A stretch of 64,000 bases of DNA, taken from the NCBI GenBank assembly GCA_904063045.1, contig CAJFCJ010000006.1, forward strand, positions 806,001 through 870,000. Direction: 5' to 3'. The stretch is from Dimorphilus gyrociliatus (Eukaryota; Animalia; Annelida). Each line of letters opens with the position of its first letter. Within the stretch, counting starts at the first letter, position 1. This document shows, piece by piece, positions 10,085-22,875 of this stretch. The notes beneath the pieces are model-generated. The model saw only the letters and a program-made list of their open reading frames with translations, ran no database searches and was not told the DNA's origin. The position numbers and the translations under genes are program-made.

Positions 10085-13000
10085 ATGAATATGGATAGAC
10101 ATTTAGATAATTACCAAGTGAGTACTTCAATATTTTTATATGATTTAGATAAGTAAAACTTCCTGTGCACTTGGTTAATATGTACGTAAACATAAACAGT
10201 GCCTATTTTTTTTTATCTATCTAATTGAACACCTTTCCAATTAAAAGTCTACATGAACACAATGTCCAAGTGAAAATTTAATGTTATATTTTGTTTTCAG
10301 TTGAGTCGTCTAAGCATTTTCTACGTTATCTCTTCCTCAATAAGGTCAGAAAGCTGCGTACTTCGAACTCCAAAATAACTTTCAAAGTTTTAAATTTATA
10401 GTTTTTTAGGAGCTATTTCTGTCGTATTATGTTGCATTTTGAAAAGAAAAGTATGCTTAGCAGAGGTTTGTTACATTCCCATTAATGTTACGTTAGAAAT
10501 TAAATTGGTGACAAAGACGCTATTTATTGTTTGTAGGTGTTACCAATGTTTCATCTGTTACTTTCGGATACCGTCGCTTCGTGTTGTTTATTGATTGGCT
10601 CGGCCATGGAAATTGGCCGATTAACAAGTCCAAGTTTGGAGAAAAAATTTATCTCAATTTGCCCTTATGTCAGCACTCTCATTGTCGTACGTATTTATCA
10701 CTAAAAACCAAAGACGAGTTCAAATTCCAAACAGCTCTTAATTAATTAAAATATTCTATCAAACTTTCGCAGTACTTTTTCATTACGACCTTTCTTTTGA
10801 CGGGAGCATACGCCCTTCAAGCCTTTCTTAGAATGAAATATCTACTAGCCTTTCAATTAGAGAAGGAAACATGGCTGGTTTGTTTCAATATCTTAAATTT
10901 AGAAACGTTTTCTATAAAAAAAAACTACGTTGCTCAAAAAGTATTATTCTTTTCAGAAACATATCCATAAAATATCAGCTGTGACATATATTGCATCGTG
11001 GTAAGACGTCAAGCGTTTTCTATTGTATTCTTATACAAGTTTAACTTTTAGTTTTAAATAATTTAAAAAACGTAGTCGTATACCTCCGCTAAACTGTTAA
11101 ATAATTCCAATCACTTTGCTAAGCAACAAACACAGAAAGCAATATGGATGATGAACGATTAAATCTTATTCTTCATCGTAAGAGATATATTTTAAAGTGG
11201 AATAATGAATTAGATGTAGCTTCACGTAATATTTTTCCTCCGGAAGTTTGTAGGGAATTAAATAGTATCGAACCTGACAAACGAATTCAGTTTATTCTTA
11301 ATAATAAAGGATTCGAGAGTCTCATTTCTATTCTAGAAGCAACTGGTAGTGGTCTCGATCAAGAGTTATTATCGGAATATAAAAGAGAAGCAAATCATAT
11401 GGAAGTAGATGACTCAATCAATAAGGAATGTAGTATTCTTGTCCATAGAACTTTTGGGAAAAGTAAAATTATATCAGAAGCTGAGAAAAAATTTCTACAA
11501 AATCTATTATCTGCAAGAGTTCGTGTGATGCGGGAGGCTTATCAGAACCATCTAGAAAATATAAATAGAAAGCTACAAACGCAAAGTGGAAAAGAGACTG
11601 ATTTAAATAAAATGATAGCTGAAGCGATTTTTGTCTTATCCTCATCAGTTGTGGAAAACTTAGATGATGGAAAATCAGATAACGATCAGCCAATTAATCA
11701 TCTCGATATCTGTGTAGATCGCCTCATTAACTTGTGCTCTTCTGCCCTAAGTGAACGAGATACTCTTTTAGTAGAAATGAAATCAGCCCTATCAGAGCTT
11801 GGTTTATCTCAGCCCGAGAGTATTATTCAAAGATTAAAAAAAATGAACATAGAATGCAGCGAAGCCGCTGTTACAGATACTGAAAAATATGAAAGAATCG
11901 CTCAACTGGAGTTAAACATTCGAAAAATTAGAAGAGAGTCGGAAAACGAATCACGAGAAAGGAAAAAGGAAATTGATTCACTCCAATTGGCATTGAATCA
12001 GAAAGTCAACCAAAATAAATTACTTATGGATAAAAATAACTTTCTAAAAGAAAAGCTAAGAAAGAAAGGTCATGAAATGAGTAGAATCAATAGCAAATTA
12101 AGCACCGTTTTAGAAAGAAGCACAAGATTAAATAGCCAATTAAACAAAGGGAAACCTAGTTACTTATATTGAATGTTTATTTAACAGTTTGCTGTGCCTT
12201 TAATATAGTATATAATTATGATATGTTTTATTTAATCGTTCCCCATACGCTTTATCTACATATTAAAAGTTATATTTGTATTGAACACAAAGGGGTGTAC
12301 CGATAGTTTTGGCAGCGCTGAATACATTTTTAATGCAATTTCCCTACTCTGGAGATAATGAGATATGCTCGTCGTAAGTTACTATAATGAAAAAATAGCA
12401 TATAATTCTGATATTAATGAAAACCAATACTTATTAATAGCTGCCTGCCAATATTTCTTCTCTCATCCAAAGACGATTGGGTTAGAATTATAAATATTCA
12501 TATATAATAAAAATAATAACAATAATAATTATTATGGATGTTATTATCTATTATAGACAACCTGGCATATTTTCAACAAGTGCTTTTTTTATATTTGCTT
12601 ATTGTCAATCGCATTTCTCAATCTGGTAAAGGAAAGATTTTAACTTGAATTAATTGATTGTAATGTTTCTTTTAATCACTCAATAATTAGGTTTTCTATT
12701 ATGCAACCTTTCATATCTACAGAGAATATCAGTCGACAAGAGGTAAAAGGGTTACAGCAATTTTATCAGAGAATATCACCTTTTTTCTCGTTAGGTATTC
12801 TTAACTTCAGTCAATCTGAGGAGGAAGAAGAAATGAAACGGAAGACGTCATTATATCAAGCAGTTTTCATCATGTGTTGGTTACCAAGTCAGTATTTTTT
12901 ATAATGAAGAGTCTTTGAATCAAATATTGTTAACAATAACATTTTTTTATATTGTAGCTTTGTTATTGGGACTACTATCTTTTTTCACAGAAATTTCTAT

Positions 13001-13166
13001 TAAAAAATTATTCTGGCTTGTTTGTATTCAAGCGCTTATATCACCTTTACAAGGGCTGCTAAATTCCTTAATCTACGGATGGAAAAGACAAGGATTTAGA
13101 GAGGCGTTAGAGGAGAGTCGCCGTCTTCTGCTACCTAATCCCCTACCTTCTTACTCTGCTCTTTAA
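10085..13166 (+). CDS. TMEM116: TMEM116-like 7TM protein (GPR157/cAMP-receptor-like superfamily), about 12 exons
   Basis: Spliced exons give ISFLGAISVVLCCIL..EVLPMFHLLLSD..YFFITTFLLTGAYA..SWGVP..YQAVFIMCWLP..IQALISPLQGLLNSLIYGW. The exon ending at 11000 (TG|gtaaga) joins the exon starting at 12293 (aag|G GGT GTA) to give W-G-V-P. Confidence 0.75.
11144..12172 (+). CDS. Intronless 342-aa orphan, possible N-terminal CARD-like domain plus C-terminal coiled coil, nested in TMEM116-like intron 11001-12292
   Basis: 1029-bp stop-free ORF in AT-rich DNA. Heptad-like E/K/L-rich C-terminus. ATTAAA at 12262-12267 downstream of the stop. Confidence 0.8.
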   Translation: MDDERLNLILHRKRYILKWNNELDVASRNIFPPEVCRELNSIEPDKRIQFILNNKGFESLISILEATGSGLDQELLSEYKREANHMEVDDSINKECSILVHRTFGKSKIISEAEKKFLQNLLSARVRVMREAYQNHLENINRKLQTQSGKETDLNKMIAEAIFVLSSSVVENLDDGKSDNDQPINHLDICVDRLINLCSSALSERDTLLVEMKSALSELGLSQPESIIQRLKKMNIECSEAAVTDTEKYERIAQLELNIRKIRRESENESRERKKEIDSLQLALNQKVNQNKLLMDKNNFLKEKLRKKGHEMSRINSKLSTVLERSTRLNSQLNKGKPSYLY

Positions 13167-13547
13167 TTCCAGTTTCAGAATTAGAGTTTGCTGCATACTT
13201 TATATAACAAATTATGACTTAGATAGTAAGCATATTGATAAATTGTATTGCATTTATGTTAATCTACCTGCCTAGAGTTGCATATTGCTTTTCTCTGAAT
13301 TATTATTGGAAGAGGGAAAAATGAAAAATACTTTTTAAAAAACATGAATTTCAATGTGGGAGTAAAAATAGTTCTAAATATTACCATTCTTGTTATAAGC
13401 CTCCTTTTTAGCCCAATGAATTTGAACTGCGTAACCATATAAAAAGCAATCATATAATAAAGAAGATTTTATTTGCTATGCATTTACAGAAGAAAATGAT
13501 TATGGTATATCTAACTTTAACAAAAACAGTTTCATTTTCATTAGAAT

Positions 13548-14882
13548 TTACCATCCACGCAAAACATTAACTAATTCTCTTGGATTTTTCTGACTTAAAA
13601 AGGTTAATTCACTTCTGCCTTCTTCGCTATCAGCATTTTCAACTTGTATCCAATTGTTTGAAAAATAATAGTCTAGACAACTTTGCATTTCCTTATTATT
13701 GTACTCTGTTGTTTTTATTGGTATAAATGGTTCCATATAATGAAAACCCTCTTTTGTTAATAAATATGCAGGTAGATAAGATGATCTCATATTTCTAGGA
13801 TTAGACATAGGGTCTACAGTACAGACGACAGATCCACCGCTCCAGTCATTCTTTAATAGTTTTTTAAAGTTATGTACTAATGATAGCCTACTGGCGGGCA
13901 CTACATTACCGTATGGTAGGCTAATTCTTGTTTTATGCCAAAAGGAATTAACACCATCAATTGCAACCAAAACCTTCAACTTATTATTACTGGCTAGTAG
14001 TTTGATTTCTTTCAATAGCACTCCAACGATGTCACACGAATATTTTGTTCTGTCAACTGCTAAATTTATTAGTTGTCCCAAAGAGCTTCCGCTTTCAGTT
14101 TTTTCTCTTTTGCTCCAGGTATAGTTGCCCTCAATAGTCAAACTATCCACAAGTAAATGACTATTCATTTTGTGGAAATGAACCAGCCACTCTAGAGCTT
14201 CAACAGACATGTCAATTCGATCTTCATTCCAAGTAGACGGTGTCCACTCCTTAAAATGCTTCGACCAGAAGCCGGCCCAAGGGACATGAATTATTAGAAA
14301 ATCTTCCTTTGAGGCATAGTGTAAGATATGAGCCATTGACGTTGTCTTACCCGTTCCTTCCTTTCCGTATAAAAGATATCGTATCGTTGGTGCTGAGAAA
14401 TCCGTTTTCTTCAAGCAGTCAATAACTATAACAAATAGATTTTAGTAAGAAAGTAAAGTTTATTAGTTTAATATAAATAGCTTTTAAGATTGCATATATC
14501 CCAAGTTATATTCAATTAGGCTGATAAAATCTTTTTATAGCAAAAAATTAACCCTACCTTTTAATGCTGGCTTTCTAATCATTAAACAGTGCTCATTAAA
14601 AGCTGAGGCTAAACGCTGATAATCAAATGGTAAACTCTTTTCCAAGAATTTGTCAACATCTTCTTTCTCAATTTTATAAAACAAACTCTCTTGTTCTACT
14701 CCTTGCTCACGTGGGTCGGTAACTTTTGTTGTACATGGATATTTCGTATGTTTAAGACTGGGATTAGTTGCGTTCTGAAATTGTTGAGTGAGGCTGAATG
14801 ACTCCGCGGAATATTTACGAATATTATTGAAGAATGCTACGGATCTTGATAGAAAGAGCGGTTTGAAAAGCAGAGAAGGCAT
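13548..14882 (-). CDS. DAP3: Mitochondrial ribosomal protein S29 / DAP3; join(14558..14882,13548..14425), 400 aa
   Basis: Walker A GKEGTGKT, FNEHCLMIRKPA, LVAIDGVN, and a mitochondrial-presequence-like N-terminus. Confidence 0.93.
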
Positions 14883-15065
14883 CTTCGGCAACTATCTCAA
14901 TGTCAAGGTCAGCAAGTTTATCAATTTTTGTTCGAATGTTTATAGTGTCCATAGTATTATTTTATTGAATAAAACCAATCCTTGTTTAGTTTTATTTTAT
15001 TTCATAGAGTATGTATACAAACACACATGTATATCATTATAAATATGTATACATATAATATATAC

Positions 15066-15088
15066 TATATATATATATATATATATAT
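15066..15088. repeat. (TA)n microsatellite between DAP3 and RNF41
   Basis: Pure TA run. Confidence 0.9.
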
Positions 15089-15368
15089 GTATAATAGTTT
15101 ACTAGTTGAACGATTTATTTAAAAATAGTTTAAAATTACTTATTGTAAAATTCGATGTTAGCGTTGATCATTTTTTTTTCTTTCAAAGTCAACTGTGAGA
15201 TTTAATAGTTATTTTATGTAAGTAATTACATACTTCGTCATTATTCATAGCATCCTTAAAAAAGTTTTTTCCATAAATTGGTTCTTTACAATAACTTATT
15301 AGGAAAATTTCAAATAAAATAGCTGGAAATGGTAAAATGTTTGACCTCATAAATAGTTAAAAAGATTC

Positions 15369-16747
15369 TTATTCCACACCATGTGCAAATATCATTACTA
15401 AGCCAGAGGAGAGCAAAAGATCATCAGGCATATGCTGATTATCCGAAGGTAAGACTAAAACAGCTTGTTTCCCTGGAACCCTTCTTGTCACGTAACGTTC
15501 GTAATGTCGCCTGTTTAATTGTCTGGTTTCTAACGTAGATAAGCCTGGGGGCCAACGTCTTTCGTGAGCATTATCCATTAATTCGCCAACAGCACTTTGC
15601 GGACAACCGGCGTCTATCAAAGCTCTTTTTATAACAGCTTGTAAAACTGCATCTGGTGTTGAGATCATACCTCCCCATCTAGTCACTCTAGCAAGTTCCA
15701 TATCTGATGCCCATCGCGATAATTCATCCGTTTCTCCACCAGCCAATCTGTTTTAAAAATAAGTTTTTATCTTGTTATAATATCTATTGTGTCCAAAAAT
15801 TAGCATATTATATTTTATTTTTGAGCTGACAAATAAAAATCTATTTGAAAATATCGCATTAAAAACATAATTAATATTAAATTAAAGTCATCTTAATACA
15901 ATATATAAAAGTAATGAAATATTTATTGGTCATGTCATTATAACACATGTATCATATTTTTGTTGTTGTTACCAGATAGATAATGAAAATATAGAACCAA
16001 ATGCTAATTATAAAAAAATTCTGTTTACTTTTATCTATAATCTAACAGGTTAAATGAAAAATGAAAAACAAAGCCCATTCAATGAAATTTAGTTGTGCTT
16101 AAATTAATAAAGAGCAATAGTTAAAAATCGATTATAAGCATTCTGCTCATAATTTATGAATGTAATAAAAATCAAAATCGATCAAAAGTTTGTGAACTGA
16201 AAAGAAAATGTTTTTTTTGGATTGTTTACCTCATATTCCATCGAGATCTCAGTTCTCTTTTTAATTGTTCTACTTCGGCTTCTGCTTTTTCAACTCTCTT
16301 CTGATACACTTCGATCTGGTTCATGAATAGTTTCTTTAGTTCTCTAATGCAGCTATGGGTTGGTAGTTGGTCTTTTGGAATCTCAATGTCGCATTTATCA
16401 CATAATACAGGCTTTCGAGGATTAAATTCACATTCGATTATGTGTCCTTCTAACATGTCTAGTTTTACAATAGAAGTACAACCATGTAGGGCATTTTCAC
16501 AGCGTATCTCTAGTCTAGCAAGCATATTTCTAACAATTCGGGGTACAGTTTGGAGTTGCTGCGTGGTTAAACCTCCTCTGTCCACTGGGCATGAGCATTG
16601 CCGTGAGAGCCATTGTGTTATACAGGATTTACAAAAAACATGTTCACACGGACCTGCTGCAACTGGGTCTTGCAGGACACCTCCACAAATTGTACAAATT
16701 AATTCCTCATCTACTTTTCCAGTGAATCGTGTTATCTCGAATCCCAT
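15369..16747 (-). CDS. RNF41: E3 ligase RNF41/Nrdp1; join(16230..16747,15369..15747), 298 aa
   Basis: MGFEITRF..DEELICTICGGVL RING domain, then the USP8-binding domain ARVTRWGGMISTPDAVLQ..AHERRWPPGL..MIFAHGVE. Confidence 0.95.
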
Positions 16748-16897
16748 TGGGTGAGTTCCAGGAATATTTAAAGTCAATGATCGATTTTGGCTCACTGGGA
16801 AACGTCCTTTTTCGCGCTGAAACTGTACAGCACCGCTTTGTTTTGGTAAACTCTTGACGGTCTAACTAGATACAGAATGTAGCAAGTATCATGTGTA

Positions 16898-16929
16898 AAT
16901 TTCCGTTTCCGTTTAACAAAATGGCAGCC
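16898..16929. promoter_or_regulatory. RNF41 promoter: tandem TTCCG (ETS-like) plus YY1-like AAAATGGCAGC
   Basis: Motifs lie between the WDR81 stop and the RNF41 ATG. Confidence 0.45.
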
Positions 16930-17043
16930 TAGTCGTAAATTCGAAAGTTAAGTTGAAAACTTATTAATGAAATAAAAGTTAATCTGATAGATCATAAATT
17001 ATTATTTGTATTAAACAAAAAAGAGTTAAGGACTGACTAGAGT

Positions 17044-20000
17044 TCATGAAACCAGCGTGATCAAGCCATGATCGTTTGCTACTAAAAGCATTCTGTTTAA
17101 AGGTAAAACTTTAAAGGCCGTTAATTGCCCTTTTATAATATCGTGTTGCAATTTAACAGTTGAACTATTGATTATATTCTTGTAATTCAAAGGTTGAGTC
17201 TGAAAAGCTATCTTATTTGTGGTTGTTGAACAGACAAGTTGTTTTCTAAAAAATTCGATGCAATGAACTGGTTCCGTTAAAGATTTTAGAGAACCGATAA
17301 CTTTACAACTTTCAGCCTTCCATAAATAGACATTACTATCAGTTGAAGACGTTACAAAGATTGATTGGTCTGTAAAATGTGGGACCGATTTAACTTTTAA
17401 AATTTCCGAATCGTGTGCTTTCCAGATTCCAGAGACTAGTCCTGTTCGAACGTCGAATATTGATAAATATCCATTACTTTGACCAACAGCTACCGATTTT
17501 CCATTAGGACTGATGTCTAAGCATCTAACAGATGTATTAGACGCCAATGAGCTGCGAAGTTGGTAAGTAAACCCGTTCGGTGTGCGGAGGTCAACAAGAC
17601 GTAGTTTTCCGTCTGCTGTTGCTGACATTATACAGCTTGATGGCTCCGGAAACCTTTTCATGACAGTAACACTCTGTTGAGCAGTAAGTGAGCGTATGTT
17701 TACTCCCATAAAAGGGTCCCATTCATGAATAACACCATCACAACTTAGCGCTCTTAAGGATGACGGTGAAAATGACACTGCAAAAACTGATTTCGTATGC
17801 CTTGTGTACGTAAACTGAGGAAGCGTTCGTGAGTTTCCGTTACCCATATTTCTAACCGACCAAACTTTAACGGTTTTATCCTTTGATGCGCTTAGTAAAG
17901 AATTTTCATTGTCCAAAATACATAAATCTTTTATGTAGTTTTTATGGCCATCAAAAGTTTGTAATTTAATCTGATGGAAATCGGAATATATAGAACTCTC
18001 TTCGTGAAAGCCAATTTCCTTTTCCCAGTATGCCAACCAATTTCCCTTTAAATGTCGTTGATTATTCAACAGCATTTGTTCATTTTGCCTAGCAGTATTC
18101 ATGTCAGATCCAGTTTCGGCGTGTTGAACACTAATCTTGTTACCGATAACAGAAACATTAGTGCCCATAGTGGAGCCTTCTTTTACTTTAACAGGCACTG
18201 GGAGAGTGATTCGATTCAAGTTCTCTTGCTCTTCAAACTCCGCGCATAAATTTCGTAGATAGTCGTTGTTCGTTAAAATATTTTTAAAATGTATATCTCC
18301 AGCCAATCGGCTAAGAGGTATGTAAGAATAAAATGCAAGCTCTTTATTGAATGTGTCCTCCAATTCCAAGGAGCTCTCCTCCACGGAATAGTTGTCAATA
18401 GTTTCTTCCTCTACGGGATTATTTAACATCTCGAGACAGGATGCAACTGACACGTCTGATGAACTTCTTACATGCTCCTTTCGTTTTTGTGGCCGACGAC
18501 TTGATCTATCTTTAGAGAAACCCTTAAAGAACAATGTAAGAGCTTTTGTCAACTTTTTTCTCGTTAAATCACATCCTATCCTCATACTAATAAGATATAA
18601 GACATCGACGACACGATATGCTAAACCTTGTCTCCCACGATAAGAGCTTGGAAATCGTACAGTTTCAGACGTTACCAACTCAATGCATGGTATCAAGAAT
18701 TCGTTTAAAACAATGGACTCTAGATTTTCCATTAAAATTGAATCAGACAAGTAAGGGATAGTATGTTGAAGTAGTGTAATCGATGCAATAACAGCTGATT
18801 GATTTCTTAAAGTCAACTTTTCGGAAGAAATTTTCACGATTTCGGTAAAATATGAGTAATATTGCAGTATAATGACTTGTTCACCATAGAGTATAGCAAT
18901 ATCAATTAAGCAATTGGCGACTCTTGAAGCAGCGACATCTCCTATTAGTCTTCTTCCAACACTGCATGAGCTGTCATCATCTGTGGCACTCTCAATCAAA
19001 TGAGAGTAGTAACAACCAGCCAACATACCCAGCAGATTTCGAGAAACATATTTAGAAGTTAAAACAGGACCCAAACGATGAGATAACCATTGCATTGTTT
19101 CGGAAGCCGCTTCACTGATGTTGCATTTTATACCTGAAAAACTTGAGTTCGATTTGGATTTTGCATCTTTTTCTTCATTATAGTTATGATTATGTGCTTG
19201 ATCATCTTTTTCCTCATAATCTATATTTTCATCCATATGAACATCAAATACATCTTGGTCTTCATAGAGTTTTGAGCTCTTTTCTTCGCTTTCTTGACTT
19301 TCACTACTTGTATTTAGATCTTCTCCGAAATTTCTCTGACCAGTGACTGCTTTCACTAAAGATTTAGCAAAGGTATTTAAAAACTTCTCCAAACCCATTC
19401 TAACAATTAATTGAACAATAAAAACACGGTGATAAAGTTTCATATGCTTTGGAGAAGTCACTGATCTTTCGTATAATCTCTCTATTGGATTTATTAGATA
19501 CTTATCCATCTCCTGTTTCGACATACAGCAGGCTGTTGAATTAAAAAGCTCCCAAACTGCACTTGGACTCCATGTCACATCATTCATATAAGGAAGAGCT
19601 AATGAAATAGCCATTTTTAGAGCTTCGTCACGTAATTCATTGCGATATTTTATAAAGAAATTCGAAAGTATCAATATTTGTTGCTTAACTTTTTCTTCGT
19701 TATCGGCTACACTCTTAACAAACTTGAAAACTTCATAAAATACTTTAATGAAAGGAGATATTGGAAATATTGACGAGTAGTTTAAAAGAATAATATTGGT
19801 GTTAATTTTCTTGTCAAAATAGGTTGAATATTGAAAAAGGTTTCCATACTTTTCCTCTCTTAAATCCAAATCCTTTTGATCCAAAACCAAAAGCACTTTT
19901 AAGAGCTGATGAAGAACTCTGCATAAAAAGCCATAAAATAAACGTAATCTAGATGATTAAATTTTAAATAGGTACCGAGGGAACGGCCTAAGCGATTCTT

Positions 20001-22292
20001 GACAAGTTTTCCTGGCAATTCTGAATCTATCGATAAAGGAAAAGCACGGGGAGTGAACGAACTGATTTGGGCAGTAAATTTCTACAATGAGACAAGATAA
20101 ACACTGCAAGTCTCTACTGAGAAGGGAGGATATATAATTATTCTCATTTTGATAGTTTTTTGAATTAGGAAGAGAATTATTATTCGGCATAAAAGATTCA
20201 GAGAATTTTTTCTTTTTTTCTAGTCTGTAAAGTAGTTCTAAATTTTTCCAGTCTGGTTGTAGCGAAATTGCAGTATTTCTGTCATAAATAAAACATTTTA
20301 AACATACAATTTTAAACAGATATGTTAAAGTTTTCTACATTTTAGGAAATTTCTGAGGATGTGGTTTTCGGAAAAGCTGTAGAACTCCATAATTTCTTAA
20401 ATCTGTATGTTGATCAACGAATTGAAGGCATACGTTTTTTTCTACCACAGCATCATCTCCAGTTAACTGATTATTAATTTCGTATAATTAATAAAAACCT
20501 TTAGAGTTTTTGCTATAATGATAAAATTTGACAAAAGAGCTGAAATTTAACCTTATATCCGAAAGTTATATCAATCCAATTATGGAGTTGAAGAGAAACT
20601 TCGTCGCTTTCCAATACAGATCTGTGCCAATTTATAAAATCCCGTGGCGATTTACACCAGTCAGGTAATATCAAGTCGGGGAGATCATCATGAATGGATA
20701 CAAGGATGTTTAAATCTTCAAAAAATTCTGGAATGCATTCATCTGGTGTCCAACTGTATAATCGAGCCATTGTTGAAGGGTATTCTCCTGGTACCCATTT
20801 TTCTCTCACATGTTTGCACAAAATGCTTTTATCCGTATTTCTTGCTTTATACATGTAATAAGTTATATCCGAAAGTACTTCAGAGACGTGATGAGCATTG
20901 TGATCGCCTCTTTCCAAAGCTTGACTGTAAGTTATGTCTAATTGTGGGTCGCCTTTATTCAATCTGTACTTGGACATTGTTAAGTCTCTTATGTCATCTT
21001 TTTTCATAAAATTTGTAACCCATGGAACAATTGGATGATAATTTGGATCATTTCTCCTTCGTCCCGCTAATTCATTTAATAACAATAAGTACTCTAAATT
21101 AGATAATTCTCCATTTTGCCATCTATTCATATCGTTTAAAAGCTTTTGAAGGTTATCCTCATTTTGATTTGGGACTTTAACTGTTGTAATATCTTTATAA
21201 ATACAATTCAATTTTGGCTGGCGAACTTTAATCCAAAATCGAGAGTCGCACGAAATATCATTTAATCTCACATCTCCAAACGATAGGCCAATTGTATGGA
21301 GAAAGTGAATTGTTCGAACTAGCTGGTAAATGATAAATAAGCAAGGCATATATCCACTTAAAAAATTAGGTGAAAATTTAAATGCATCCACCAGATTATG
21401 CTTTCTATATTCTCTGACAATGTATAAATTATTCTTCTTTTCGTAGATTCCTTCACATCTGAGTAGACCTTCTAATTCTTGTGTTTTGAAAAGTTTTGTT
21501 AACAATCTTGAGACAATATGACGTTGTTTCTAAAAAAGAAAAATTATTTGCTTAATAAGAAAATCAAAAGCATGCAATGCTTACATCAACTTTAGATAAC
21601 TTTGGTGAAAAATTACCAAACAGGAAAGCTTTGGTGTATGAATTTAGAGCTTTCAGATGTAAACTATCAATACTTTCTCGAGAGAGAGTTTGTAGTAAGC
21701 TAGAATGCTCTTGTATGAATTCACGATCAATTAGGCTAAAGAAATGAATATTTTACTAGAAAAAATATTTAATAATTTTAAAGTTAAATAACTTACCTTT
21801 CAACATTGAGATCGGTTAAAATTAACTTTTCAACAGCAACCTTTATGAAATTTTTAGGCAATGAAGTGGTTGTAGGAGCTAACAAATCAGAACAAAGTGA
21901 CTTGTCCAAATGTACCCAATGTTTGGCATTATATTGAGGTGACTTTTGATTGCGAAAGTGGTCCAGCCAAGACGTACTAACCTAAAAGAACGGTGAAAAA
22001 GCAGTTTACAGTATCATAAAGCATTTATTTCTTTTCATATGAGACAAGGAATCCAATTTAGTTTTCTAGACAATACAATTGATTTCAGTACTACATAAGT
22101 ACTGTATTTTTTATTGATCGGAGCTAATAAAAATTAAAAGAAAAAACAATTGGAAACACCCCCTTGTCGAATTGTATAGAACACTATTTTATCGCTCACC
22201 AGACATACGGCGTCAACATTTGAGGTTGCCCTAATGCAAAAAAAAGGAATAAGTAAATCCTCTGAAATGGATTTTTCTAAATCTTGGAGCAT
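17044..22292 (-). CDS. WDR81: WDR81 (BEACH domain plus WD40 repeats), multi-exon with a terminal exon of about 2.85 kb
   Basis: BEACH motifs ([52 protein letters not shown]), [24 protein letters not shown] and C-terminal WD40 repeats. First exon MLQDLEK..VCL at 22292 is tentative. Confidence 0.92.
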
Positions 22293-22875
22293 TTTTTCAT
22301 AAGAACAGTTTGATTGATCAAAAATTCGAGAAATAAATCAGATGTCAATTTGCAAACATTATACTCTTTTCGAAAAGTGTTCCACATTGGTTGTCCAGAG
22401 TTATTATGATTATTTATTTAAAATAATCTAATCAGTACAAGAAAGCCCCTTGAATTAAAATTCATAATTGAAGAGGCGATATATGTATAAAAATTTGAAA
22501 ATTTGGCTTAAATAGTTCTTCTTTAAAAAAGTCAGCTGCTTTTAGAATATGTATACTACTTGTATAACATAAGTATAAATATATTTCGCAAGTTTAAACT
22601 GTAAATCAACGTAACAATCAGATTTTTTCTGTCGACCATTCTTTATCAAGTTAAAAATGTTCATATAAGTTCTATCAAATGAATGTAGAAACAATAATTG
22701 GTTTGTACTTTGTTGTCTGAAGTACTAATGTTTGCTCATAAATATATCATAACAAAGCATCAGAACAAACGATCTTTGATTTTAGCTTGTACAAATAGAA
22801 TCGTTGACTTTTTTAATGGACTAATAAAAATATTCATAAGATAACTTTATTACGACCTCAAAAAATATAATCAGC

